A stretch of 51,775 nucleotides of DNA, from sequence record PP532814.1. One strand, written 5' to 3'. The stretch is from Escherichia phage vB_EcoP_06. The position numbers were made by a program, and so were the translations under genes. The notes beneath the pieces were generated by a model that saw only the letters and a program-made list of their open reading frames with translations, did no database searches and was not told the DNA's origin. This document shows positions 28,317-37,350 of the stretch, piece after piece. The number at the start of each line of letters is the position of its first letter. Position 1 is the first letter of the stretch.

Positions 28317-29429
28317 ATGAAAATTAAAATAAGCGATGAACAATTTATCAATGAGCGCAAGCAGGGAAAGACATATAAGCAGATCGCTAATGAGTATGGT
28401 ATGAACGTTCGCAGCATTGAGCGCCGCGCGGCACGATTAGCAAAGCAAGGTAAAGTTACAACCATCGGATCACCTGGTTTTGGTGTTACTGGAGAATCAA
28501 AGCTAATTGATAAAGATGGCAATGTGGTTATGACATGGATTAAGACAAGTAAGGACCGCGAACAGTTAGAAGCATTAATGCAGGCCGCTATGGATGCATT
28601 TAGCGAAGAAGTTCCTCGACTTGATCCACAGCCAGAATCACAAAAGGATTATAGCGAGACGCTATCACTGTATCCGATCTTTGACATGCACTTGGGCGCA
28701 ATGGCGCATAAGCATGAATGCGGCGAGAACTGGGATACAGCAACAGCAGAGCTCGTAATGAATAATTTCATTGATTATTCCATCCAGTGCGCGCCGGATA
28801 GCGAAAAGGCTGTTTTGCTGATTGGTGGTGACATGCTGCATAGTGACGGCCTGGAAGCGGTGACACCTGCAAGCGGTCACGTATTGGATCAAGATAGTCG
28901 ATACGCAAAACTTGTTTATGTTGCCATCCGGTCAGTGCGTAGAGCAATTACAAAGCTGTTATCAAAACACAAAAACGTCGAGATTCAGATCATTGAAGGC
29001 AACCACGACCAAAGCGGCATGATCTGGTTGCGCGCAGCAATGGCGGCAGCATATGAGAATGAGCCACGAGTGCATGTTGATGTATCTCCGCGAGTAGTTC
29101 ATCACACACAATATGGCAAAACATTCCTGGCATACCATCACGGGCATACTATCCGCAAACCTGAAACATTGCTCATGATGTGCGCGGCAGACTGGCGCGA
29201 AGACTTCGGCAATTCAAAAATGATGTATGCTCACGTAGGGCATTGGCATCATCAAACAGTAACCGAAACAAGCCTGGGAATTGTTGAAGTGCATAGCACT
29301 ATGGCGGCAAAAGATGCATATGCGGCGCGCGGTGGATGGCGATCTCGTCGCCGTGCGGCTGTTATTGTTTATGATAAAGAATACGGAGAAGTAGGGCGAT
29401 TTATGCATTATCCAGAAATGGCTGATTGA
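28317..29429 (+). CDS. HTH domain fused to calcineurin-like metallophosphoesterase (putative Ser/Thr phosphatase)
   Basis: N-terminal HTH (KTYKQIANEYGMNVRSIERRAARL); phosphoesterase motifs DMH, GDMLHSDG, GNHD, HHGH in canonical order. Confidence 0.6.
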   Translation: MKIKISDEQFINERKQGKTYKQIANEYGMNVRSIERRAARLAKQGKVTTIGSPGFGVTGESKLIDKDGNVVMTWIKTSKDREQLEALMQAAMDAFSEEVPRLDPQPESQKDYSETLSLYPIFDMHLGAMAHKHECGENWDTATAELVMNNFIDYSIQCAPDSEKAVLLIGGDMLHSDGLEAVTPASGHVLDQDSRYAKLVYVAIRSVRRAITKLLSKHKNVEIQIIEGNHDQSGMIWLRAAMAAAYENEPRVHVDVSPRVVHHTQYGKTFLAYHHGHTIRKPETLLMMCAADWREDFGNSKMMYAHVGHWHHQTVTETSLGIVEVHSTMAAKDAYAARGGWRSRRRAAVIVYDKEYGEVGRFMHYPEMAD

Positions 29430-29472
29430 ACTTTTAATCATTAAAATATAAATATAAATCATCAATTTAATT

Positions 29473-29503
29473 GGGCGTGGCATTTTGCTTCGCCCTTTTT
29501 TTA
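29473..29503 (+). terminator. rho-independent terminator
   Basis: Hairpin GGGCG ... CGCCC followed by TTTTTTTTATT. Confidence 0.6.
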
Positions 29504-29575
29504 TTCCTTTTTGTGAGTTCAATGGTTAGGATACAATCAATTAATTGTTGACTTTTATCTACAGGAGATCTAATC

Positions 29576-29791
29576 ATGAAAGATTTTTTAAACGCTGCAA
29601 CTTCCGGCACTGGCGGAGCGTCAATCACTGGCGCGGTAACTGGTCAAACAACTATCGCAATAGCCAGCTTCGTTTTGATGGCTGCATTTGGTATGTGGGG
29701 CGCTTATCTTCGCTGGCGTGATAGTAAGGCGCTACGTGACGCGCTTGAATGCGGTGATATTAAGAAAGCTATTGAGATCAGAGGTAAATAA
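29576..29791 (+). CDS. holin (putative pinholin)
   Basis: 71 aa with hydrophobic transmembrane segments and charged C-terminus; immediately precedes SAR endolysin. Confidence 0.5.
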   Translation: MKDFLNAATSGTGGASITGAVTGQTTIAIASFVLMAAFGMWGAYLRWRDSKALRDALECGDIKKAIEIRGK

Positions 29792-30279
29792 TGAGTATAA
29801 AACAAAGAGTGACCGCTGCGGCTTTTGGCGTTGCTCTTGCCCTTACTTCTCCGCTACTGGAGGAAATAGAAGGAGTAAAATATAAGCCGTACAAAGATAT
29901 TGCTGGGATATGGACGGTTTGCGCCGGAATAACTGGACCTGACGTAATACCAGGCAAAACGTACACACAGAGAGAGTGCGATGCGCTACTGGCAAAGCAT
30001 ATCAAGATCGCAAAGGATGAAGTTGATAAACGTGTAAAGGTTGATATTCCTGATACAATGCGCGCAGCTATGTATTCATTCACATACAATGCTGGCACTG
30101 GTGCTTTTAGAAATTCAACCATGCTTAAGCTGATTAATAACGGTCGTTATATGGAAGCGTGCAATCAGTTATGGCGATGGACAAAATACACCAATCCAAA
30201 AACAGGAAGGAAAGAAACGTCTAAAGGACTGCGCAACCGCCGCGCGGTGGAATTTAAATATTGCATTAAGGATCTGTAA
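29791..30279 (+). CDS. SAR endolysin (T4-lysozyme-like, GH24)
   Basis: N-terminal Gly/Ala-rich signal-anchor-release segment [17 protein letters not shown]; catalytic triad spacing E-9-D-6-T ([16 protein letters not shown]). Confidence 0.75.
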   Translation: MSIKQRVTAAAFGVALALTSPLLEEIEGVKYKPYKDIAGIWTVCAGITGPDVIPGKTYTQRECDALLAKHIKIAKDEVDKRVKVDIPDTMRAAMYSFTYNAGTGAFRNSTMLKLINNGRYMEACNQLWRWTKYTNPKTGRKETSKGLRNRRAVEFKYCIKDL

Positions 30280-30281
30280 TT

Positions 30282-30680
30282 ATGCGAAAGTTATCAATAA
30301 TCGCGATCGCTGTTATTTTGTCTGGATGTTCAAGCGTTACGCCACTGACCGGATTGATAGGAAGCAAGCCTGAGATAACAGCACAGGCAGGAGCGGAGAA
30401 CGTAAAGCAGACCGTTGGAGTTACCGCAAAGCAGGACACCAGCACAAAACAGGAAACTACAATAAAGGAATCTGCGGTTGATAAGGTGGACACTTCCAGC
30501 AAGAAGGATTTCACTACGTCAACCATTCAGGCAAACACCATCAAGGCTGATAAAATCCAGGTTGTGCAGGGTGAGCAAAGGAAGTGGTACGATCCTATAA
30601 TCTATTGCGCTGCAATTTTCAGTGGTCTTTTGTCAATGCTTTACTTTTCCTACCGCAAAGGCAACAAAAAGGAGGCTTAA
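30282..30680 (+). CDS. unimolecular spanin (T1 gp11-like)
   Basis: N-terminal lipoprotein signal with lipobox LSGC plus C-terminal transmembrane segment (IIYCAAIFSGLLSMLYF); 132 aa, directly after endolysin. Confidence 0.7.
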   Translation: MRKLSIIAIAVILSGCSSVTPLTGLIGSKPEITAQAGAENVKQTVGVTAKQDTSTKQETTIKESAVDKVDTSSKKDFTTSTIQANTIKADKIQVVQGEQRKWYDPIIYCAAIFSGLLSMLYFSYRKGNKKEA

Positions 30681-30695
30681 CGCCTCCTTTGTTTT
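30671..30695. terminator. bidirectional terminator at end of lysis cassette
   Basis: Hairpin GGAGGC-TTAA-CGCCTCC overlapping the spanin stop codon, followed by TTTGTTTT. Confidence 0.55.
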
Positions 30696-30930
30696 ATAGT
30701 GAATCCATCAAATCTTGAAAGCTGTTTCCGCTATAATCATTCTCGACAAGAATGTAAGCACCTTTCTTCTTTATATCCCATAACATTTCATTGTATTCGT
30801 AACGATTTATTTCAAACGTGCTGCCATCTTCTCTTGTCGCAGTTCCTTTGTCGTTGAAAACATCAAAAGTTACATTGATGATTTTTGTCTCTTTCTTTGT
30901 TACTTTGATAGCCATTTTTAAAATCCTCAT
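30694..30930 (-). CDS. hypothetical protein (78 aa)
   Basis: RBS GAGGATTTTAAAA; downstream of promoter box at about 30973-30993. Confidence 0.45.
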   Translation of the reverse strand: MRILKMAIKVTKKETKIINVTFDVFNDKGTATREDGSTFEINRYEYNEMLWDIKKKGAYILVENDYSGNSFQDLMDSL

Positions 30931-30948
30931 ATTCGTTTCGATGAAACA

Positions 30949-30993
30949 AATATACCCGATACGAGATCGGTAGTTTTAACAAAAAGTGCTATT
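30949..30993 (-). promoter_or_regulatory. phage promoter box + 18 bp + -10 TATATT (minus strand)
   Basis: Same arrangement. Confidence 0.5.
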
Positions 30994-31183
30994 CAATACG
31001 CTTTACAGTAACCAACAAAACGCCGTCATCATCACACAAATTATGCTCTGATATATCAAACGCTCGCATGTCAGAATGAATGAGCGTTAACATTGCGTGC
31101 ATGAAGTCGTCATGTGAGATTGAACTTACGGCGCAGAACTTCAATATTTTGTCTATTAGCATTTGACGTAAACAATTCTTCAT
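30989..31183 (-). CDS. hypothetical protein (64 aa), overlaps 3' end of 31110..31502 in another frame
   Basis: ATG preceded by RBS GGAGAAATGAGCG; overlap of 74 nt with neighbour makes one of the two calls uncertain. Confidence 0.25.
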   Translation of the reverse strand: MKNCLRQMLIDKILKFCAVSSISHDDFMHAMLTLIHSDMRAFDISEHNLCDDDGVLLVTVKRIE

Positions 31184-31502
31184 CGCTCATTTCTCCGATC
31201 CTTAAAACATCCCTTACCCATTCGTTTTGCATACCTTCCAGACTGTAAAGTTCAAACGAGAAAGGTCGATTTGCAGACCCTTTCTTACACCAGAACTTTC
31301 CACCAACTCCATCAAGATAACCAGCGGTCATCATTCTTGCGCAAAACTCTTTTGAAACGGCGGTTGCAAACATTCTCGGCGTAAATCCTGCGGCCCTTGC
31401 GAGCCGCTCACATTCTCTATGCTGAAATATAAATTTTGCGATATGTTGACGTGTAAACCATTCGAATGACTCACACCAGCGATACAGATCCAGAAGAAAC
31501 AT
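31110..31502 (-). CDS. hypothetical protein (130 aa)
   Basis: ORF translationally adjacent to the upstream DUF3987-like gene. Confidence 0.4.
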   Translation of the reverse strand: MFLLDLYRWCESFEWFTRQHIAKFIFQHRECERLARAAGFTPRMFATAVSKEFCARMMTAGYLDGVGGKFWCKKGSANRPFSFELYSLEGMQNEWVRDVLRIGEMSDEELFTSNANRQNIEVLRRKFNLT

Positions 31503-31504
31503 AA

Positions 31505-33088
31505 TTACCCCAGCAATGTTGGATTTACGAAAACAACGCCATTAATCACACAAATATAATTTCTTTCTTCAAGCATCGGCAGCAGTTGCGTTTCCATACG
31601 CTTCATTACGCCAGCCTGACCAACAAACGGCTTAACTTTTCGTGCAGCCTCATATATGGCGCGAACATTCAAGATTCCCTTGTTAGCCTTACCGTGTCGA
31701 GTGATAATCTCGATTAGTTTACCCATTTCAGCATCATCACCAGCATAGCCAGAAGCGTTGGCGGCGCTAATGTATGTTTTGCTCAACTCGCTAAACATCA
31801 GCAGTGCTTCCTGAACGGTTTCAACCTCAATCTCTTTCGACTTTTGAGGGTATCCGCCAGGATTAAACCAATTGCGGATAGTGTGCAAAACCGAAGCAAT
31901 CCTGATCACCTGCTTATCCATTTTGCCAAGCGCACCGCGCAGCATTGTATGCGAATACTTTCCGCCATCGGCAAGGTGCGGTTCCATCTCCTGACGAGCC
32001 ATGTTAAGAACTCGCATTGCGGATTTGCTGATCTTAAGCTGGATGTTCGATTCACTCATGATGTTATGGATCAGCTTGAAATATTGGCTTTTCAGTTCTC
32101 CATCAACAGGTTCATAAGTAGAATCACCGTTATCATCAACAAACTTTCTACGGCCTAAAAATGATTCCTCACGCACAAGCAAATAACGCTCACTTACACC
32201 GATACCGCGCGATCCTGCATCCATGATGGCATTGATTGTTTCATCCTGGGCAATTACCGCCATACAGCCAAGAGCTTTAAAACTCATATTGTTGTCAGCG
32301 TTTGCACGAGCTATAGAAACATGACCGTGATCCCATGCTTTTAATACAAGTTCGCTGTTGGTTTTACGCTCGCTATTGGCATATGTCAGACCTAAAAGGC
32401 TGTTAATACTCGTTGCCTCGTCTGAAATTACAGCAAAGTTACCCTGGCGATTGTTGATTCTTGCAAGTCCTTCCGGCGTGGTGTCGGACACAGGGAAAAC
32501 GATGTCACACATCTTTTCCAGTTTTTCTTCCAGATCTTCTTTCTCCTGGTACAGAGATTCCATATCAGCGCCGGAGCGCTCGCTTTTCATCTCTTTTGCA
32601 AGACCTGCCAACTTTGCTTGAATCTTTTTTCTTTCCTTCTTTCGCTGATCGTTAATTCTTTCCACTTCTGCAACCATTGGAGCAAGTGCCAGGCTGTTAA
32701 CGGCAGATTTACCAGTTGAAGGAGGCTGGCTTGTGACAACATAAAGAGCGGTTGGTTGATCCGTTCCGTGATACTCAACAGTGAAGCGTCCAAGCATTGC
32801 AGCAGACACGCATCCGATAAAATGCATATATGCCGATGATTCAGGGAATTGAACAGATCGAGCAATGTTGCGCGCCAACTTTCCAACAACATCAACATCA
32901 TTGCCAAGAGAAATTACAGGGTAGCGATCGTTTCCGTTATTAACATCATTAACCTCACCCCAAAAGCTGGACGATTGACGGTATCCGTTTGCCTGAATTG
33001 ACACGCGCAACGGAGACAATCCTTGTGCATCAGCTAATTCGATAATTTGTTTTGGTGTTAGTTTATTGGTTTCAAACGAAAAATTCAT
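31505..33088 (-). CDS. P-loop NTPase, DUF3987-like putative replication-associated ATPase/helicase
   Basis: 527 aa; Walker A-like SQPPSTGKS, Walker B-like AVISDEAT; RBS AAAGGAG. Confidence 0.4.
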   Translation of the reverse strand: MNFSFETNKLTPKQIIELADAQGLSPLRVSIQANGYRQSSSFWGEVNDVNNGNDRYPVISLGNDVDVVGKLARNIARSVQFPESSAYMHFIGCVSAAMLGRFTVEYHGTDQPTALYVVTSQPPSTGKSAVNSLALAPMVAEVERINDQRKKERKKIQAKLAGLAKEMKSERSGADMESLYQEKEDLEEKLEKMCDIVFPVSDTTPEGLARINNRQGNFAVISDEATSINSLLGLTYANSERKTNSELVLKAWDHGHVSIARANADNNMSFKALGCMAVIAQDETINAIMDAGSRGIGVSERYLLVREESFLGRRKFVDDNGDSTYEPVDGELKSQYFKLIHNIMSESNIQLKISKSAMRVLNMARQEMEPHLADGGKYSHTMLRGALGKMDKQVIRIASVLHTIRNWFNPGGYPQKSKEIEVETVQEALLMFSELSKTYISAANASGYAGDDAEMGKLIEIITRHGKANKGILNVRAIYEAARKVKPFVGQAGVMKRMETQLLPMLEERNYICVINGVVFVNPTLLG

Positions 33089-33116
33089 TGATGATAACTC
33101 CTTTTTTGATGCGGCA

Positions 33117-33161
33117 ATAATACCGCACCAATGCTACCCGCATTTAACAAAAAATACTATT
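33117..33161 (-). promoter_or_regulatory. phage promoter box variant (AATAGTATTTTTTGTTAAATG) + 18 bp + -10 TATTAT (minus strand), upstream of DUF3987-like gene
   Basis: Same arrangement. Confidence 0.45.
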
Positions 33162-33378
33162 TGATCCGCTCTATTCTAACTAAGATTTTTTCTGGTTCCC
33201 TTGCGCTATAGCAATGCGCGGTTACGGAATCAGCAAAATCAAAATAAAGTGATTTGTGGTAAGAAAGACCAATCAGCCACCCAACCATCGTTTTCTTTAT
33301 TGGCCTGACTATATCGCCAGGATTGAAGGTTTTTGTTGCTGAATGAGTCACCTTATAGCGATATTCAGCCTTGATCAC
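33157..33378 (-). CDS. hypothetical protein (73 aa)
   Basis: ORF with overlapping start/stop coupling to upstream gene. Confidence 0.35.
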   Translation of the reverse strand: MIKAEYRYKVTHSATKTFNPGDIVRPIKKTMVGWLIGLSYHKSLYFDFADSVTAHCYSAREPEKILVRIERIK

Positions 33379-33761
33379 TTATACATAGCCTCAAACAAAT
33401 GACAGCCACCAGCGGAAAATCCAACTTCTTCGCGGTATAGCGTCCAGCGGTCGCCAGCCTCATCAAACACATAACCAGCAACAGCGCCAAGCGCGCGGCC
33501 TTGCTCAATCTGGTAGCGCTTCCCTTCTTTGAAATGCTTTTTACACGGGATCTTGTGATCTACAAAGGTGCATTTAATTGTTTTTGTCTTGATATGACGA
33601 TAGTCAGACTCAACAGCGTTTTGCCACTTACTACCCTTTGTAATGCTCTTTACCTGGAATTGTTCCAACTCGATCACATCATCGCTACCAGCAATTTTTT
33701 CGTATACAGCTTTATAACGACCGTTCATCAAAACGTTGGTTTTATTGCAGATAACTTTCAT
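33375..33761 (-). CDS. hypothetical protein (128 aa)
   Basis: RBS AAAGGAGAAATAAACG; downstream of promoter box. Confidence 0.45.
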   Translation of the reverse strand: MKVICNKTNVLMNGRYKAVYEKIAGSDDVIELEQFQVKSITKGSKWQNAVESDYRHIKTKTIKCTFVDHKIPCKKHFKEGKRYQIEQGRALGAVAGYVFDEAGDRWTLYREEVGFSAGGCHLFEAMYK

Positions 33762-33792
33762 CGTTTATTTCTCCTTTCGTTTCGGTGAAGTG

Positions 33793-33837
33793 ATTATGCC
33801 AGGCTTTTACACCTGGCTTTTAACAAAAAGTGCTATT
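33793..33837 (-). promoter_or_regulatory. phage promoter box + 18 bp + -10 CATAAT (minus strand)
   Basis: Spacer CCAGGTGTAAAAGCCTGG is palindromic. Confidence 0.5.
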
Positions 33838-34543
33838 TTGCGTTTGCTTCAAAGACGGCGCGAGCAAAACCGCGCGGCGTGAGGGAGCGGATCATCTTTG
33901 TGCGAGATGATTTTCCGCCAGTTTTGGCCCAACCAGGATTATCCTTGTTGTCCTCTTTCGGAAGGATTGTTGCGCGCGGAGGAATAACAAATCCGTTTCC
34001 AGTCCAAAGGCATGTTTTCTTAAAGTACCGATCGCGCGCAGGAATAATATCAGGAAAGTCTGGATGTTTATCATCTTCCGGCAGATAGCCAGCATAATCG
34101 CACGGATGGAACGTATAATCAGGCTTGCGCCATAACGTTGACAGCTTGCCTACAGGATTCTCTATCATGTACGGAACACCGAAATAATCAGCGATATGCG
34201 CCGCAATTTTGCAAGTGTCTGCGGCTTCATGTTGGAAGTTAGGATTTTCCATGCGCTTTTTAGCCCAATGGCGAGATCCGCTATTCGCAAGGTCAGTGCA
34301 CGGCGGAAATGCCATAATGAAATCAGGCTTACCCCAATTTTCAAGTTTTGCGGTATATTTGAATAGCTCATCAATCCACACATTAACGTAAAAAATATTG
34401 TCGTGGATTATGCGCACTGATTGGTAGTCGCCATGATCTGCATCATCGTAATTAAAGCAAATGCACTTATATCCAGCGTCGGCCCAATCTTTAACGGCCT
34501 TACCAGATCCATCAAACAAAGAGAAAATCAAACCTTTATACAT
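33833..34543 (-). CDS. DNA cytosine-5 methyltransferase-like protein (short, Dcm-like)
   Basis: Motif I-like LFDGSG, motif IV-like FPPCTDLANSG (catalytic PC), motif VI-like MIENPVG; only 236 aa, with no recognisable target-recognition domain. Confidence 0.45.
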   Translation of the reverse strand: MYKGLIFSLFDGSGKAVKDWADAGYKCICFNYDDADHGDYQSVRIIHDNIFYVNVWIDELFKYTAKLENWGKPDFIMAFPPCTDLANSGSRHWAKKRMENPNFQHEAADTCKIAAHIADYFGVPYMIENPVGKLSTLWRKPDYTFHPCDYAGYLPEDDKHPDFPDIIPARDRYFKKTCLWTGNGFVIPPRATILPKEDNKDNPGWAKTGGKSSRTKMIRSLTPRGFARAVFEANAK

Positions 34544-34552
34544 TTCATCACC

Positions 34553-34777
34553 TCAAAACGGAAAGCATCTCGGGCAGTTAGGATCAAAATTGCAGCCGCA
34601 ATCATTGACAATCATGGTTGGATCTGCAAATGCAGCGCCGCATTCATGGTCCATATCCATTTCACCAAGCGCATCATCAAGCGTCCTGATCTTATATGCC
34701 ACTTCAAGCGCGGCCTCTTTATTCAGTCCGGCATCTTCTGCTTTTTGCAGTCGCTCAAAAAAACCGTCTTGACTCAT
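34553..34777 (-). CDS. hypothetical Cys-rich protein (74 aa)
   Basis: C-terminal HECGAAFADPTMIVNDCGCNFDPNCPRCFPF; directly upstream of the Dcm-like gene. Confidence 0.4.
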   Translation of the reverse strand: MSQDGFFERLQKAEDAGLNKEAALEVAYKIRTLDDALGEMDMDHECGAAFADPTMIVNDCGCNFDPNCPRCFPF

Positions 34778-34887
34778 TTAATAAACTCCTTAATAACAGC
34801 AATAATAATTACAATCCCAGCAGTAAAAACAAGCAAACCCACAAGGCCAATCATAACACCAAATAAAATATCAAGAGTTTTAATCAT
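34774..34887 (-). CDS. small transmembrane peptide (37 aa), not in ORF track
   Basis: Translated by hand: MIKTLDILFGVMIGLVGLLVFTAGIVIIIAVIKEFIK; ATGA stop/start overlap with downstream gene; RBS GGTGA. Confidence 0.4.
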   Translation of the reverse strand: MIKTLDILFGVMIGLVGLLVFTAGIVIIIAVIKEFIK

Positions 34888-34899
34888 TTATTCACCATT

Positions 34900-34925
34900 G
34901 ATAAAACGGGAGGCGGAAACCTCCC
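34900..34925 (-). terminator. putative terminator (minus strand)
   Basis: On minus strand GGGAGG-TTTCCG-CCTCCC followed by GTTTTATC. Confidence 0.4.
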
Positions 34926-34934
34926 ATTGATTAA

Positions 34935-35162
34935 TCATACAGCCTTCCAGCTTTCAATAAACATGCTGTTTTCTTCCAGCAGTTTAATCAATTCTTCGCG
35001 CGTATATTTGCGGATTTTACTACCTGGATGTGAGCCAACAACAAACACACCTTTACCACTCGTGATGGTTAACTGGTTGATTCCGCAAGATTTATCCATC
35101 TTAATGGCGACGCGGTGATGTGCATCAACAGTGTGCATTATGTTAGTGACTTTAGCTTTCAT
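34935..35162 (-). CDS. hypothetical protein (75 aa)
   Basis: RBS GAGGATCGCATA; promoter box upstream; hairpin terminator downstream. Confidence 0.45.
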   Translation of the reverse strand: MKAKVTNIMHTVDAHHRVAIKMDKSCGINQLTITSGKGVFVVGSHPGSKIRKYTREELIKLLEENSMFIESWKAV

Positions 35163-35193
35163 TATGCGATCCTCGTTCGTTGTCGATGCGCTT

Positions 35194-35238
35194 AATATAC
35201 CAATCAGAGGCGCATCGGTTTTAACAAAAAGTGCTATT
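35194..35238 (-). promoter_or_regulatory. phage promoter box + 18 bp + -10 TATATT (minus strand)
   Basis: Same arrangement. Confidence 0.5.
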
Positions 35239-35515
35239 CAACAACAGATCCAGTTAAAGAGATAAGTGCTCTTGTGATCTTTCGTCTTCGATACTTACGC
35301 GCAACAACAGGAAGATTTTCACCGCTTTGATGCCCAAAAGTGATCGGCAACTCTTCTCCTCCAGACATGCCGAACTCAGTGTGTGTTGGTTTGTTCCGCC
35401 ACCCCTGGATAAAGCCGAAACGGTCACGAGTTATGTACCTGTAGTTGTTCGGGAGGGGCAATTGTATCCCATCAAAATCCACAGTATCGGTATAGCTGTA
35501 AAACTTAGAACTCAT
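35234..35515 (-). CDS. hypothetical protein (93 aa)
   Basis: ATG at 35515 overlaps the stop region of the upstream small ORF. Confidence 0.4.
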   Translation of the reverse strand: MSSKFYSYTDTVDFDGIQLPLPNNYRYITRDRFGFIQGWRNKPTHTEFGMSGGEELPITFGHQSGENLPVVARKYRRRKITRALISLTGSVVE

Positions 35516-35657
35516 AGTCAACAACCCCAAATTCGTTAACAATTTGCGCCTTGTAGAAGCCGCCATTTTTCGCCAGGTTGTAACAGGACGCTACAGTTTC
35601 AAATTCGCGCACTTCCGGCTTGCTGTTTTCGTGTTCCCAGGTAATCAGAGTAACCAT
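35505..35657 (-). CDS. hypothetical small protein (50 aa), not in ORF track
   Basis: ATG with RBS GAGGATTTGAAA directly downstream of promoter box and -10 TATATT. Confidence 0.4.
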   Translation of the reverse strand: MVTLITWEHENSKPEVREFETVASCYNLAKNGGFYKAQIVNEFGVVDYEF

Positions 35658-35690
35658 TTTCAAATCCTCGCATTCGTTGTCGATGTGTGT

Positions 35691-35735
35691 AATATATCGG
35701 ATTGCGAGGATTGAGTTTTAACAAAAAGTGCTATT
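35691..35735 (-). promoter_or_regulatory. phage promoter box + 18 bp + -10 TATATT (minus strand)
   Basis: Same arrangement. Confidence 0.5.
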
Positions 35736-36001
35736 TAGTCCAGGAATTCGATTTCGCGCTCGCCAGTTAACGGATCTTTAATCCAGAATCCAAGCGCCTC
35801 ACCGTAAATACCGCCATAGAATCCAAGTGCCGACAGATCCTCACCTTTAACAAATACCAGATCCCCGCTACGGCTTACGTGAGATACGTTAACGATAACC
35901 GGAAAGGTGCGATCCTTAAATGCAGGCCGCAGGGCGTAACACCCGTTATTGAGCAAACGTGCTTTGCGCTTAACTGGAATAGGTGCATTGATTCGCGCCA
36001 T
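35735..36001 (-). CDS. hypothetical protein (88 aa)
   Basis: RBS AAGGAGAAATAAAG. Confidence 0.45.
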   Translation of the reverse strand: MARINAPIPVKRKARLLNNGCYALRPAFKDRTFPVIVNVSHVSRSGDLVFVKGEDLSALGFYGGIYGEALGFWIKDPLTGEREIEFLD

Positions 36002-36013
36002 CTTTATTTCTCC

Positions 36014-36289
36014 TTATTCATCATCTTCAAGCGGATCGTAATCATCAACCCCAAAATCAAGCGGGGTATAGTTATCAACCTCAAAGTCAATACATCTTGC
36101 CTGTTCATCACAGTTAGACGTTTCAATCAAATATTCACCGTAATGATCTGGATCATCAAGCCTGGTAACAATGACGCGCGTCATGTGTCGCCCGCATCCG
36201 TAACGATCTGCAAGGTGATCTCGCTGTACGCTAAATCCGTTTTTATATGCGCGCTCAAGCGCGTTGCGTAATGCTTCGTGCTTAACCAT
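36014..36289 (-). CDS. hypothetical acidic protein (91 aa)
   Basis: ATG at 36289 overlapping upstream stop; C-terminus Asp/Glu-rich (DFGVDDYDPLEDDE). Confidence 0.4.
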   Translation of the reverse strand: MVKHEALRNALERAYKNGFSVQRDHLADRYGCGRHMTRVIVTRLDDPDHYGEYLIETSNCDEQARCIDFEVDNYTPLDFGVDDYDPLEDDE

Positions 36290-36521
36290 GTTTAACTGCC
36301 TCCAGAACATCACATGATTCGTTAATAAATTTTGCCATGCGCTTATCATCACCAGCAGGGATTAGCGCATTACACTCGCGTTTGCTACTGAATACCGTCA
36401 CTTTATGAAACGATGCGAACGGCATCGACTGGAACTCGACTGTTTTCTTCAGGATCCGCAATCCCATCTTTTTGGCCCTTACCTGGGCCTCAGCGAGTTC
36501 AAAATCCACTTCATTAATCAT
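36282..36521 (-). CDS. hypothetical protein (79 aa)
   Basis: ORF coupled to flanking genes. Confidence 0.4.
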   Translation of the reverse strand: MINEVDFELAEAQVRAKKMGLRILKKTVEFQSMPFASFHKVTVFSSKRECNALIPAGDDKRMAKFINESCDVLEAVKHG

Positions 36522-36790
36522 TTCTTGATCTCCTCAGCAATAAACTTCAGGACTTTGCGCAAAAACACTTCATTATTGATGGTCGCTGGCAATTCCTCTT
36601 TAACTTCTTGCGGCAGGTAAACGTTGCCATGCCAGGTTAAGCAATTGTAGTTGATACGATAAGAGCAAAGCCACTCGCAATCGTTATCAGCTTCCCAAAT
36701 GCAGAGTTGCAGAACATCACCGAAATCCTCAACAGTCAGATCCAGACCGTTACGCTTTGCAAAGTTGAAAGTGGTTTTGCTGATGTTCAT
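36518..36790 (-). CDS. hypothetical protein (90 aa), first gene of leftward early block
   Basis: RBS AGGAGAAAGCAA; promoter box plus -10 TACATT upstream. Confidence 0.45.
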   Translation of the reverse strand: MNISKTTFNFAKRNGLDLTVEDFGDVLQLCIWEADNDCEWLCSYRINYNCLTWHGNVYLPQEVKEELPATINNEVFLRKVLKFIAEEIKK

Positions 36791-36828
36791 TTGCTTTCTC
36801 CTGATGGGTATCTCGTTTCGATGTGTCT

Positions 36829-36873
36829 AATGTACCCGATCAGGACAATTCAGTTTTAACAAAAAGTGCTATT
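36829..36873 (-). promoter_or_regulatory. phage promoter box + 18 bp + -10 TACATT (minus strand), first leftward early promoter
   Basis: Reverse complement of box on plus strand (GTTTTAACAAAAAGTGCTATT). Confidence 0.5.
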
Positions 36874-37350
36874 TGCTGTCTGGTCATTATTCCATCTATT
36901 CCATTAATCAGGAATAACAGGAATAACTCATTCTCGATCACCTGGATTGTGAGACTTTGAGTTTGATCAATTTTAATCAGTTGATTAACTTTTTGTGTGG
37001 AGGGGATAGAGAAACGCGGTCCTCTTGCATCCTTTCCGGCAATCCTGGCGCGCATCTGTTATCTTGTGTTGTCGCTGTTATGCGTGTTATTCCGGCGTGG
37101 AATCGCATAACAAAAAATAACAAGATAAATCTATATAACATACTAAAAAATAAGGATTATTTATTTATATGTATCTATAAATTACTATCTGTTATGTGTG
37201 TTATGTGGGCGTATTGATACCAGATGTATTTTTGGTGATTGTATGTGGTTGTGTGTTGCATGGTATGTATATATGGGGTGGGGCGTATCCGCGCATTTTT
37301 AGATAACACGCCAAAATAACATTGATTTATAAGGAGAAAAACGAGAATCT

